Shown: piece by piece, positions 1 through 12,943 of the stretch
How positions within the stretch are numbered: position 1 is the stretch's first letter
Layout: every line of letters begins with the position of its first letter
Source: Octopus bimaculoides
Taxonomy: Eukaryota
Assembly (NCBI RefSeq): GCF_001194135.2
Contig: NC_068984.1
Span: 135,056,966-135,120,965 of the forward strand
Length of the DNA: 64,000 bases
Direction: 5' to 3'
Notes under the pieces: generated by a model
Told to the model about the DNA's origin: nothing
Seen by the model: the letters and a program-made list of their open reading frames with translations, nothing else
Database searches by the model: none
Program-made: the position numbers and the translations under genes

Positions 1-60
1 ATTGTGTATGATTAAAAATCTTTCAGGGAAATACAAAACCAAAACATCATGACTTACGAA

Positions 61-100
61 TATATCTATCTATCTATGTATCTATCTATCTATCTATCTA

Positions 101-146
<46 letters not shown>
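61..146. repeat. (TATC)n-(TA)n compound microsatellite
   Basis: Read directly from sequence. Confidence 0.95.
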
Positions 147-150
<4 letters not shown>

Positions 151-314
151 ATGCAGAAAATAGCACAAGTAGGCACCGCACACATCTTACAAAAAGCACT
201 TTCAATACAGTGAAAATATGAGCACACCATAACAAACCACAGCACATACCCAGGGCACACAGACTGGCGCTCGGTAGTGCGGTGAAAGCACGTGATAAAA
301 ATCATACTACCAAA

Positions 315-315
<1 letters not shown>

Positions 316-358
<43 letters not shown>

Positions 359-383
359 ATAATAATAATAATAATAATAATAA
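316..383. repeat. (TAC)n-(TAA)n trinucleotide microsatellite
   Basis: Read directly from sequence. Confidence 0.95.
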
Positions 384-704
384 TATGCAGTCCCAGGCAC
401 TGGCTATACTGGCCTCTGATCTTAACTGATTGCAAGTGTCATCATGTATTTGATTTGCTTGTCAGTTGCTTGGTCTTAACCAGTTGAGCATGTCCCTTGG
501 TGGCTGACGATTTGTGAATCTCTCATCACGAGTAGAAGTAGATGGGGAGCATCATCGCCATGTGTTGAAAGGGTTTCTTTGGGGCTTGAATAATTCACCT
601 CTGGAAACATGTGTTCAACATTCTTTCAATATCCTTAAACAACACTTATTCAGGAACCTCTTGAGTAGGAACCTGGATTCTCATTCCTAATGTATTTTTC
701 GACG
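384..704 (-). mobile_element. Interspersed-repeat fragment bounded by (TAA)n tracts (probable retroelement 3' segment)
   Basis: Unique-complexity block with trinucleotide tracts on both sides; its right end (668-704, read on the minus strand) matches 977-1014 on the plus strand. Confidence 0.55.
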
Positions 705-722
705 TTGTTGTTGTTGTTGTTG

Positions 723-820
<98 letters not shown>

Positions 821-822
821 TA
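704..822. repeat. (GTT)n-(ATT)n microsatellite
   Basis: Read directly from sequence. Confidence 0.95.
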
Positions 823-898
823 TGTCACTGCCTTGAATCGAACTCAGAATCTTGGGGTTAATAGCCCGTGCTCTTAACCACTACGCCATATGCCCGTG
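823..898 (-). mobile_element. tRNA-derived SINE head followed by (TAA)n
   Basis: Minus strand has A-box TGGCGTAGTGG (878-888) and B-box-like GAGTTCGATTC (835-845); no closed acceptor stem; runs directly into (TAA)n. Confidence 0.8.
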
Positions 899-922
899 CC
901 CACGATTCCAGGCAGTGACCTC

Positions 923-978
<56 letters not shown>
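923..978. repeat. (AAT)n microsatellite
   Basis: Read directly from sequence. Confidence 0.95.
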
Positions 979-980
<2 letters not shown>

Positions 981-1120
981 TCAAAAAATACCTTAGGGAT
1001 GAGAATCCAGGTTCGATGTTTCCCCAAGGCACCAGCTGAAGGCTGGGGGCGTATATCAGCGGAAACTTTGTGTTAACAACAAACAAGATGAGGACAAATA
1101 CCCGCCAACTGTAAATAATA
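977..1120 (+). mobile_element. Repeat segment carrying a decayed hammerhead-ribozyme-like motif
   Basis: ggcac-CAGCTGA-aggctg...cagcg-GAAAC-TTT-gtgtt at 1029-1074 keeps type-I hammerhead topology with a mutated core. Confidence 0.5.
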
Positions 1121-1189
1121 TCTCTTAGACAGATCTTAAGAGATAGGGGAAATGGTCTAACCTAGCGGCATTTCGTCCGTATTTGTTTT

Positions 1190-1330
1190 GGGGTTGAAAT
1201 ACCGGAATCTATTTTGCCTTTCAACATTTTGGGGTTCATTAAATAAGCACCAGCCAAACACTGGCATTGATCTAATCGACTTCGTTCCTTCTCCGAAACT
1301 GCTGGCCTTGTGCCAAAATTCGAAACCGGT
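1190..1330 (+). mobile_element. SINE family A, degenerate
   Basis: ttttgcctttca..ggggt..ataaataagcaccag..gatctaatcgact resembles the copy at 6443-6678. Confidence 0.6.
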
Positions 1331-2925
1331 AATTACGGTCTTTCATTATCTATAAGATAAATAAGGATGAAGAAAATCGCATATATTGCACCGTGTATAC
1401 CTACATTTGAATATTTATGAAACAGACAATAAATATATATGCATGCATGTGAACGTAAGCCATAGTTTTTATGTGTATGTGTGTGCGTGTCCCTTTGTAA
1501 GTGTGCACATGTCTACATGCAAGTATACTTGTGTGTATTTATAAAATAAACGTCCCCGCCATAATACAATGCATTTAGAATGGAAACTGTGTTACCTGTC
1601 TGTGAACGCAAGAAGTGTATTTTAATGGCAATCAAAATGACGAAAATGATGGCAATCGATTAGTGAAAATACTCAGAGATTTGACAGCATCGTTTCAAGC
1701 TAAATTGCCACTTGCTGCAAACAAAATCGTAGAATCCTTTTCAAAAATGTCACTTGAAACTGCTGCAGCAGAAAATTCCCAATAACTTTATCATGCTAAA
1801 AGATTGCAAAGTAATTTCAACAATGGCACCAGTTAAATAATAAAGAGATATTTCATAAGACAGCCATGCCACTCCAAATATTTTCGACAATTTCTTACTG
1901 TTACTTCTGCAGTAATTTTGGCAGAAGTGACTATCCATTATTGGCATTATTCTATCCATTCATGTCAATGAAGAGAAAATCACGTTTCCTAAGCAAGCTT
2001 ATAAGTCTACATTTCAGAAACGTCATTGCGATATATGTAGTATAATATGACATGATATGTGTTTAGTTAAACTGGAATGAATTCAGTTTTATGTAGCCGT
2101 GTCAGTTTCTAAATACTTTTTAAGCGACACTTTATGCTGTTCATATTTTCACATCACTTCACTTTTCAGCCACGCTAAATTGCTTCAGACTAGTTTTAAT
2201 ATAATAGGTAATAACAATGATAATATTTATTACTTCTATCGTATTAATAACGGTAATAATAAATGATTTATTTGAAACTCTATATTGCAACGAATTTTAA
2301 CATGTATGTGGACGTATATAATCGGTTTCTCAAGAGTTCACTAATTTTTATAATTGTATTGTTAGCCCAAATACAACTGGGTGTGTATATAGAGACGTAA
2401 ATAAATGAGGTAAGACACCTAAGTAACGAAGCTGATTCTTTTGTAACCCCCTTTCATGCTAGCAAAAATAATAATTATAAACTTATTATGGAATAAATGT
2501 AAAACAACACAGGAATATCAGTTTCAGAAAGCGAATGAGGAGCTGGATTATTTCTAATTGACAAATAACGTATTGTTATGAAAACTGGGTGCAACTTTTA
2601 AATAAGACCAAGAATGAAGTAATGTGAGAAAATAAATGTGAAAGAATACAGTATCAAGAAGGATGATAGCTTATGGAAGAGACATATAACTAATGAATAC
2701 ATCTCTAGCCAAGTGGCTCTATGACGAAATATCAACTTCAGAGTCAGATACTATACTCTGCAAGCAAATAGATAACAGCGGCAAATGATGTGTAAAGCAT
2801 AGTTATACATACATGAAGCAGAACACAGACAGAAACAAATGGTCATAGCTCACATGATATCAAACTTTAATAATTTTCAAAACCCATTGATCATTGAATT
2901 GTTAAAAATATAAATATATATTTAC

Positions 2926-3069
2926 CTTGTGTACCATAGCTTGAACAGATTTTACAACCAAATTACCAAAATCTGTTTTATTAATATACTCTGACTGCTT
3001 TTTCCATTTTAATTTTTTTTCCAATTCTTTGCTTTTTATGCGGCTCATAGAACACCAGATAATTTTCAT
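2926..3069 (-). CDS. Candidate first coding exon of an unidentified gene (MKIIWCSMSRIKSKELEKKLKWKKQSEYINKTDFGNLVVKSVQAMVHK)
   Basis: ATG after an in-frame TAA, 48 open codons ending at donor AAG|gtaaat (phase 0), about 300 bp downstream of a CpG-rich patch; no homology recognised. Confidence 0.3.
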
Positions 3070-3354
3070 TTAAAGAATTGTCTCTCTTTGTTGCTAGTCA
3101 GTGAGACCCAGTCCTCACAAATAACTATTTATTCATGCTGTTGTTTGTGTATATATTAAGTAATGTATGTGGATATGTGTATGCAAAGATATAGTAAATA
3201 TAAATGATATCAATAAGTCCACATACATACGTTGAAAATATAGAGATTGGTAAATGACTTTGAAATTTATCGATGATAAATTATATTAACGTTCTGTGAA
3301 ACATAACTTTGAAGAATATTGACTCTCGCAGTATTGAAACATTTCTGGAGAATA

Positions 3355-3500
3355 GCAAGGGAGATGCGCCTGGACAGCCAATCTGACTCGCGGGCCTCGC
3401 ACTTGCGGCCAGCCACTCTGACTGGCGGGCCTATCTTTTGCGGACTGCTGTCTCTGTGCCGATTCTATCTAACGAGCTATTGCATTCACCGAACCAACCG
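3355..3500. promoter_or_regulatory. Small GC/CpG-rich patch with CCAAT box and duplicated GC-box/E2F-like element (candidate promoter)
   Basis: Sharp GC/CpG rise in AT-rich context; AGCCAATC at 3376-3383; a 23-bp motif repeated with 35-bp period. Confidence 0.45.
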
Positions 3501-3619
3501 AAGCCCCTTTATACAAATACCTGACCTAACAGAACTAAGAATCAAATTTATCCCATATCACATTCTCCAATCATGGGAAAGAAAATGGCGTAATATATAA
3601 TGCCTAGCTCTAGACTTAC

Positions 3620-3730
3620 CCTCAAATTGATGCGATAATTGAAACAGGATGTATCACACTGATGGTAGATATGCCTAATCGGGACTAGTTTCGAGGTAGA
3701 CAGTATTAATAATATAATATTCTCTTCCAT
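3620..3730 (-). CDS. Candidate internal exon D (phase 0-0)
   Basis: catttag| acceptor, AGG|gtaagt donor, 37 open codons (MEENIILL...RINLR). Confidence 0.25.
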
Positions 3731-4559
3731 CTAAATGATATATGGTATCTCTTTTTGTCTATTTGAATGAAGTGAGGCATGTAGGATTAGGTGTACTGAC
3801 CAAATTAACAATGAAAACATTGTAATTTAATTCCGTCCATAAAACTATGAGAGATGTATCTAATTTCAGATTAGCTCTACCAATTGTATTATTTCGACTT
3901 TGGTATTTGCATGTTGTCATATAAGGGATTATGCATTTATGTATTAATGACCTGTGATAATCTATTAATTTTCCTTCCTATAAGTGATTATGTGTTCTTT
4001 ATTAGTAATTGTTGAAGCGTCCGGTTTGAGCATGTAATTATTTATGCCAGCAGTGATTTGCGTGAAATGAAGTGTATCTCTATTTTTTTGTGTCTGTATT
4101 TGTTATGCGAATTTATATATACAAGCTATTGTGTACATTACGTAATTATATTGCCGTTTGAAGCTTGCAGGTGTAGCAGGAAAAATATCAGATAGAATAT
4201 CTTATTGTATTTAGGTAATTCTGTGTTCAAAAGGCACTGAAGTCAAATTGTCTTTCACCTCTCAAGTGATCAATATATTAGATGTCTCCGAAACACTGGA
4301 ATCGATTCAAACTGAAACACAACAGCTTTCATAAAATGTGTCTCCCATACGAATGTTGTCATAAATACATTTGAGGTTATGCGTAATATAGCTCAATATA
4401 TATGTATGTATACATCTGTCTAATTATTTTTAATATGATATTATATAATCTTAAATAATGGTGTGCTTAATTTACTGAGAACGTAAGCAAATGGATGTGC
4501 AAGAGAATATCTAACAGTAAACAATATATGTGCGTATATATATATATATATATATATAT

Positions 4560-4848
4560 NNNNNNNNNNNNNNNNNNNNNNNNNNNNNNNNNNNNNNNNN
4601 NNNNNNNNNNNNNNNNNNNNNNNNNNNNNNNNNNNNNNNNNNNNNNNNNNNNNNNNNNNNNNNNNNNNNNNNNNNNNNNNNNNNNNNNNNNNNNNNNNNN
4701 NNNNNNNNNNNNNNNNNNNNNNNNNNNNNNNNNNNNNNNNNNNNNNNNNNNNNNNNNNNNNNNNNNNNNNNNNNNNNNNNNNNNNNNNNNNNNNNNNNNN
4801 NNNNNNNNNNNNNNNNNNNNNNNNNNNNNNNNNNNNNNNNNNNNNNNN
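4560..4848. other. Assembly gap flanked by (TA)n; similar gaps at ~17381, 19317, 25057, 34150, 34424, 43880, 44714, 53055, 53494
   Basis: N runs, almost all bordered by simple repeats. Confidence 0.98.
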
Positions 4849-5558
4849 ATATATATATATATATATATATATACTTATATGCATATATACGTACATACAC
4901 ATATACGTATCCATATAAAGTCGACACTCAGACACATACAAGACACGCATGCTGCTTTCTGTCGGGGAGCGAGGGGAATATTTTTACGTGATATGGTGCA
5001 TAAAATATTGCATAGCATGTGTGATATATATTTTGTACGTATGTAGATGTCATGGTAAATCTATAGAAGACATTTGGTGATTGTTCATCACAAGATATAT
5101 TTCTGAAGTAAGGAAAAAGAGAAAATATGAAATCATAAAGATTCAAGATATGGCATTGCATATAATATTGATTAAATGTCTATTGTCTTCATTTCATTGT
5201 GAATCTTGATATATCTACCGAGTCAACTGCCTAGAATACAGTATTCCTGGCACAATGGGGGATTGTGTGTATGTGCATAAATACAGATATATTTACATAT
5301 ATACATACACATATATACGTACAAATGTGCGCGCGCGTTTGTGTATATGTGTGTGTATGTGTCTTTGTGGTGTGTATATGTGTGTGTGTGTGAAAGAATG
5401 AACCTTAGCTACCTCTTGTTGCATATCTCCTTATGTTCGCTGTTCAATTGTTCTTTCCTTACAGGTTAACGCACCCTCACTCACCCTTCCACATCGCATG
5501 CATGCACACACACACATGTACGTAAGTTATGTGCATATATAAATAAATAAATAAATAA

Positions 5559-5634
<76 letters not shown>

Positions 5635-6115
5635 TAACCCATCTTGAATATTGCATAGGATCAGAAAATTCAGATATGTTTATACGATCATGGAAATATA
5701 TCTGCTTTATAAGCCTTTTATTAAATGTCTTACAACCCCTTCTCTTGCTTATCATCAGCGTCACTATCATCTTCACCTTCGTCTACGTCACCAACCCCAA
5801 TACCAACAACCACAACAATGGCAGCAGCATGAGGAGCAGCAGTTATAAAAATTAATGTAATATTGAAGAATATATATAAGCATTGGTAATATAAATAATG
5901 AAAGAATGGGATTCTAGAATTTGTATTTTGTCATAAACAAATTCCAATAGAATCGAAGAAGCTCTTATATTAGGGGCTATAATTGGATTGTATTCTGGGT
6001 ATATACTTTTTTATCGATAAATATGACTAACCTTTCTTATTTGCAATATATGATTATCTGGTAATTGTGTCATCTTTATTTGAATCTAAGGATTTCTTTA
6101 AGTGTACATGAATAC

Positions 6116-6210
6116 CTTGCGAATGTGAAATCTTATTGTTGCGTCAGCAACATTACTATACTTGTTCTGGGATCGGAAGCCAAGTATACAGTAGTCATAA
6201 TAAAAGTTAT
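6116..6210 (-). CDS. Candidate internal exon E (phase 1-0)
   Basis: Weak tag| acceptor, AAG|gtattc donor, open frame NFYYDYCILGFRSQNKYSNVADATIRFHIRK. Confidence 0.2.
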
Positions 6211-6442
6211 CTATACATGTCTGCATGACGATGAGCACATTGGACAAAACTTTTACTGGCCTTTCCTTCGGTGCTTTAGGTCCTGAGTTCAAATCCAACC
6301 AGTTTCGAGAAACTAAAGATATTAGTTAAGTACTAGGGTATAATACATTCATGATACACTTAGCTGCGCTTTACACTGATATTGTAACGAATATTTCAAT
6401 TTCATACTTGTGCTACGCATCTAGCTTTCCACATGCATACAT

Positions 6443-6678
6443 AAGGCAGCAGGTTGAGAGAAACGTTAGCACGGCAGGTGAAATAATTAGCGAGTTTTCG
6501 TCTGCCGCTACGTTCTGAGTTCAAATTCCGCCGAGGTCGACCTTGCCTTTCATCCTTTCGGGGTCGATAAATTAAGTACCAGTTACGCACTGGGATCGAT
6601 GTATTCGACTTAATCCCTTTGTCTGTCCTTCTTTGTCCCCACTATTTTTAGCCCCTTGTGGGCAATAAAGAAATAACA
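6443..6678 (+). mobile_element. SINE family A, well-preserved copy
   Basis: ctgagttcaaattccgccgaggtcgaccttgcctttcatcctttcggggtcgataaattaagtaccag core recurs more than ten times in the window; B-box-like GAGTTCAAATTCC. Confidence 0.9.
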
Positions 6679-6971
6679 TACGTACAATCATGCTTACATA
6701 TGTATGCAACTGGAAAAAAATCTGAGAATCAGTCTCTTCAATCAGCTAGTAGCGCCTCTTACCTTCTCCGAAATGCTTGCACCTCACGGTCTGGGTAGGT
6801 GGCGCTGCGAGCTGATCCAGGTGTATACACACCATTTGTCAACAAACAAGATATATTTTACGTGACAAAACGCAGTGAGTAGCTTGTTTATAGTTACGAA
6901 CGTGGTTTAAGCATATTCGCACTGATAATATTACAGTTTTACTTGTCACTAATTAGCGCCCCCACCCTCTG

Positions 6972-7008
<37 letters not shown>

Positions 7009-8614
7009 AGACCGGTGTTATAGATGTTTTCGGTCTAGTTTGGATCCTTTGCCATCAAATTTGAATTATTTGCCATCAAGTCTGAATTCTTTGCAATTAA
7101 ATTTAATGGCAAAGAATCCAAACTAGATCGAAAACATCTCTAAAATGGTTGTTGAGTTGAAACAAAAACTTTTATTATTACGTAATATGGTATGGGTAAT
7201 CGTTATAAAATGGTTGCATAATTTCTCTTTCAGCTGGGTGATAAGAAGACGCACACGCACACACACACGCATACACACATATATGAATTCGTTTTGGTTG
7301 GGATTTGAATCCAAGACGAATTGGCTGAGACCCTATTTTCTAAGACTTTTTGAAATTATCTTAAATTTTTTTTTAAAGTTCTCTCTTTTGTTCTTTCGTC
7401 TTAGTAGCAACATAATTTACCACATTAAGTGTTCCTCTTATCTCTCTCTTTGAAATAAAGATACAAAAATAAAACAACAGCATCACGTTTTATTCATATA
7501 GTAAATATGTTTCATTATCCGTTTAGTTAAAGATGGCCACTACATCCATGTATTCGTAGTAAGTAGTATATTTTTGTGTAAGACTTCGTGTGTTTTACTC
7601 CAAATGCAGTTATGTTTTTTTTTTCTTATTTAGACTGGTTAATTCATTTAGCATCTAGTTGGGGCCATTAAATTGTATCAGGAATAGTTGGATTGTTTGT
7701 TTTACTTAGCATTTATATATTTGATTAATAATATATAATATACGTTCTCAAATATGCTTTAATTTTTATGTATCGCCATGTCTGATTCGGTTAAACTATG
7801 TCACCAGAGAAATTTTCCGGTAAGCATTTAATATATTGCTTAGATCATCCTTTTCCCTGTTCAAGTTTGTAGTTATAAATTTGTTGATCATTAATCAACA
7901 TATATAGTCATGTGAGGCTTTGCAACGTTCCTTTCTGTTTTGTCAAGTATTAGGCTGTTTGTGACAGATGTGGTGATAAATTCTGTGTTATTACTGTTGT
8001 TATGTATTTGTAAGCTGTAGAAAGCCAGGTTATGAGGTCATTGGTTTGTTACTTTCCCTCAATCTTGTTAAGCATCTATGCAATCTTATAACAAGACTTT
8101 TGGGATATTTACACATCTTGCTGCTTCCTACTTAGTTTTCGTAGCGTCTGGTCAGGTTTTTGTTTATGTTTACCCGAATACGACAACTTTAACACGAAAT
8201 AATTTCTAAAATACGAAATTTTGTCAAAAACGTTCCGAGTAAGCCGCGTTCTACGTGATAAATTCTATCAGTATTCGAAGTTTCAAACTGTTTAGTTAAG
8301 ACAAATTAATTAAAAAATCTGTTATTGAGATGGAATAGTTCCAAATGTTTTCAATTATACTATAAATTTGTGTCCAGCCAATTAGTGGTATCATCAGTTT
8401 TTAACTGATGAAAATCACTGCATCACTTATTTTCTAAGTCTTATTATATCGGATCTTTTTGCTAATACAGGACGTAAACACACTAACCCCGATTCTCATG
8501 TAATAGTAGACAAATATAAATACGTACAACAGACTCATTCACACACACACACACACACACATCCCCACGCACTCACTAGCATATACATGCACTTACGTAC
8601 AGTCTTTTCTATTG

Positions 8615-8705
8615 CCTGTAGCCATAGTGCAAGACATATGCCCAGGGATATTGAACTTAAAACCAGTGCTTGCGAAGCGAAATTCGTAACCACTCAGCCA
8701 TACCA
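8615..8705 (-). mobile_element. tRNA-like SINE head (family C-related), degenerate
   Basis: Minus strand: ggctgagtggttacgaatttcgcttcgcaagcactggttttaagttcaat...gggcatatgtcttgcactat. Confidence 0.55.
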
Positions 8706-9379
8706 GCACGTATAAGATCATTGTACTCCAAATGAAGATCGAACTTCCCAACATTAGATTGCCAGCCATAAATTTGAATCGTGGGATTGATGCACTGACT
8801 ACTGTATTACATTGGCAGATAGAGAAGGGAGATTTGGTTATTGGTTCATAATTATAAGCCTGACAATTATCTTGGGGATAATTTATCACGGAAAACAACT
8901 AAAAACTCCCCAAGTTTATGATATCTGAATTGTAGGAAGTCGAATTATTACACGGTATCTTCCTATATTTGAAGCGTTTAATGTGATTATATTTCTCTTG
9001 TAATATTTCTTCGTTTTCTAATACATTTTCCATTACCACTTGCTTGCTGTCAGCTTTTTAGTTGTCACCATTATCGTTGTCATATTGGAGAGAGGCGGAC
9101 ATATAAAGTGTGTATTCTATCATAATCAAATATCATCACTCAAACAAAAAGGAAATATATAAAGAGTATCTTCCCTCATCTAAAATCAAACAATCAATTA
9201 ATTAATCATTCATTCTACAAGTCAATCATATGACTTGTTTTTTTCGTCTTAAGCGTTTAGGGATATCGTCATTTCCTCTCCTAGTATAAACGTTAATCGA
9301 ATATCGAATGTCAACTATTAATGAATGTCTTAAAAAATCTAAGTGACAGGGTACGTTTCCAAACCATTATATTGATGGC

Positions 9380-9810
<431 letters not shown>

Positions 9811-11435
9811 ATATATGCTTATATATGACGAACCCACATTCACTCCCCTTTTTTGCCCCCAAACATTTTCGCTCGATTCAATGTAAAGAATGTGAATTTG
9901 AAACGATTATCGCATTACCGATTCTTTGATTTTAACATCGAGAATATGTTTTGTTTAAGAATTATGAATTTAGCAACGTCAGCCACTTTATCGGTAAAGA
10001 AAATTATACATTTTAACTATTTATTGCGGAAAATTCTTAAGTTTTCAAACATAAAATTAATATGACGATTACTTCTTTCAATATATTCGAGGTTTTGTCA
10101 ATTATTTTATTGAATCCAATCTATCTTCTCTAAAAAGTTGACACCTTATGAGACATTTTTGATATTTTCGCCATCTTACTTTAAAATTTCGGATTCTGTA
10201 TGTTACGATACGTATTAGCTGTTCAATGATGGTTTATATCTATCGTATTCTCTTTCGGATTTCGATGTTGATTTAACGCTATTTGAATTCTTTTTTTTTT
10301 CTATTTAGCAATAATTTGAAGTGCGACCATGCTGGAGTATCACTGTGAATGTTTTAGACATTAATATAGATTCTGATATGTATTGTACATTAGTACTTAT
10401 TTGAATAATTTCTGTTAACCAAAAGTTTACGATAATTGTCACTTTATCATGAAGGGCGAAATTAGAAACGTCCTTTTACGCTACTATACACAGGCGCAGT
10501 CATACATTCGCCTACATGTACCTACACAAATACTCACTCATTTATGCATACAAATATATGCTAATGGGAATGAAGTCATTCACTAATGAACTTCCAATTC
10601 TAGCACACACACATGGCTGTCCTCACAGTCTGTATCCTTACTCTATCGATCATAGATTGCTTCCTATTCAGTGGAGCTGCTTGGCTTTTTGTCACCTCCA
10701 ATGAAGCTCACCTGACTCACTCCTCTCTAGTTATTGCATCATCGATAATGTATATCAAACCACGTCTATTCTTGCAAAAACGTCGATGCTTAAAAATTCT
10801 CTTCCAATTGTTTTACTATTTTATTCGACTAGACCCATTATGAAATGAATTTAGACGTCATCATTCTGTCTTCTATTTAGAATAAGAATTTTTAAGATGG
10901 CATGACTCAAGGTTCTTTGTGAGTGTTTCAGAAGAATTGTAGTACAACTTAGAGAATGTCACACGGTTGGTTTTGGTTTTCTTGCTGGTTCATACTCGTA
11001 GAATCTGTTAATATTGGTCGTTACTGTTATTAGATGCGAGATTGAGCGGTCCTAAGACCGTACACATTCCAAACATGAGTTCCCCATTGGAAGTTCAGTT
11101 CACACATAAAGTACCTCGAATAACATTATCTAAAGCATCCAGCTTAATTTTAAGAAGGCAGGTTGTGATATCAAGGAGATTAGGATAATATAAATAGCAA
11201 ACCGAATAAATAGAAACAGCTTATCGTGTGTATTGCGTACTTACGGTACTAATTCTTTAGTAGTCTTATGTTAAGTTTTAGATTATCTGGACCTAATAAA
11301 TAATGTGTTCCAGCTATGACCATCATGTTTTTCAATCATGTATTTTGCATATGGATCGTATCAATTTTTAAAAAATTACCATATTACTCTAATGAGCATT
11401 CTGAGGGCTATCAGACTGCTATATTTACTCGTGTT

Positions 11436-11495
11436 GAACGATTACCCAGGCTTCCTTGTTAGCAGAACGATTACCGACAGGTTTCCTTGTTAGCA
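11436..11495. repeat. ~30-bp tandem duplication
   Basis: gaacgattacc(ga)cagg(c/t)ttccttgttagca occurs twice. Confidence 0.85.
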
Positions 11496-12174
11496 GAATA
11501 GAAATGTAATCACTTATTTCGAAGGCAGTACAATATTATTAATCTGTTTCATGAATCCTAGCAATATTTCAGCAGAGAGCCTCGAGGAACTAGATTAAAT
11601 TCAGTCAGGAATTTAATCCGGTACTCAACTGATTCTGAGAACTGCATCGAAATTCAATATGATATATCTTCACGTGAAATATGTTAAGGTTAGCGTTACC
11701 AAAGGCATTGGCTGTTAAATTACATTGCGTTACGTTACTTAAGAACAACATAACTTATAACTTCTTATTATTATTCGCAATTGTTATTTCAGTTTAAGGA
11801 ACCCCAGAAAGTAAAAACAGTAACGAAATATCGGCTATAGTGTTTCATAAATATCTCAATATGGAGTGATGAATATCTAATGTTGTTGAATACAGGACAC
11901 ACGGACTCATATCATAGTGGATGATGTATACTTAGTCTGCTAGACATAGTAGCCAAATATACTGCAAAGCTATTCCTGTTGCATTTATATAAAGGGAGAA
12001 TATATTAGATAATGTAATCTTTGAGTTAACCCTAATACTTAAAAACAGAATGTTGTTTATTAGAGTCAGGAAGAATCATAAGACCGTCCCCAAGTGTCTG
12101 AGGTCACAGGAATGGATTTAACACCAAGAAATTGTATTAGTTAAAAACAGCAGTTTTGAGGGAAGTCGGAAGTC

Positions 12175-12330
12175 GATCAAATATCAAATCGACAATAATA
12201 CTCTGTTGATACTTATTTTATCGACCCCGAACACAGAAAGGCAATACTGTTAGCCAGAAAATTTTGAAAGGAGGGTATACCTGACACTATTGACCTCGCT
12301 GGTACCTTATTTAACGAACACTGACAGATG
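12175..12330 (-). mobile_element. SINE family A, degenerate
   Basis: tacttattttatcgaccccgaa..gaaaggcaa matches the reverse complement of the family core. Confidence 0.6.
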
Positions 12331-12943
12331 CTTATCCTGGCGGGTATGAACTTAAAAAATTTTAAATGCTGGAAGAAGTGCCGAATAATAATTACAATTG
12401 TTTCATACACAAGCACAAAGTATGGAGTTTTTGAAAGGGGTTAATCAACGAATTTACAGTTCTTGAACTCTGAAAAATTTGAGCTCAAAATGTGAAAAGT
12501 CGGGATAAATGCACTAGAGATTTTATGCCAATTCTTTACGTCCAGTTCTTTAACCTCGATGTTAGAGATTATTATAATTTCCCTCAAATTTTCTGTATAG
12601 TATTAAATTCATTGATTCTGATTCTGCATTCTAAATGTAGGAGTATTTTTTTGCCAATATGAGAAAAAAAAAATGAAATTAGTTCTTATTTTGTTGCAAG
12701 GTGAGTTGTTGCTTGTGTGACGTTTATACGCATTTTAAAAGAGATCATTTTTCGATACTCTCATTGCGTAACAAATGTATTTCAAGAACCAATACTCTCA
12801 CTCTTTTCTATTAAGACACACCAATAACAAATGAAACACGATTACTATCTGCAAAAATCTAATACAATATTTGCAATTTTGTTCTCAATATAAGATGTTT
12901 GAATTCACCGTGGAAAGCTCGGTGTAAGTCGGGGAAAGAGATC

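Noticed and set aside
823-898. tRNA gene call here and at 36131-36202, 42855-42932
   Set aside because: A and B boxes are present but there is no closed cloverleaf; they run into SINE bodies or repeats.
1680-2020. Possible decayed CACTA/EnSpm-like coding remnant (NFIMLKDCKVI...)
   Set aside because: Multiple stops and only a vague resemblance; cannot be supported without a profile search.
4160-4333. Plus-strand frame AGVAGKISDRISYCI*VILCSKGTEVK...QQLS*
   Set aside because: Short, interrupted, no linked exons; compatible with chance.
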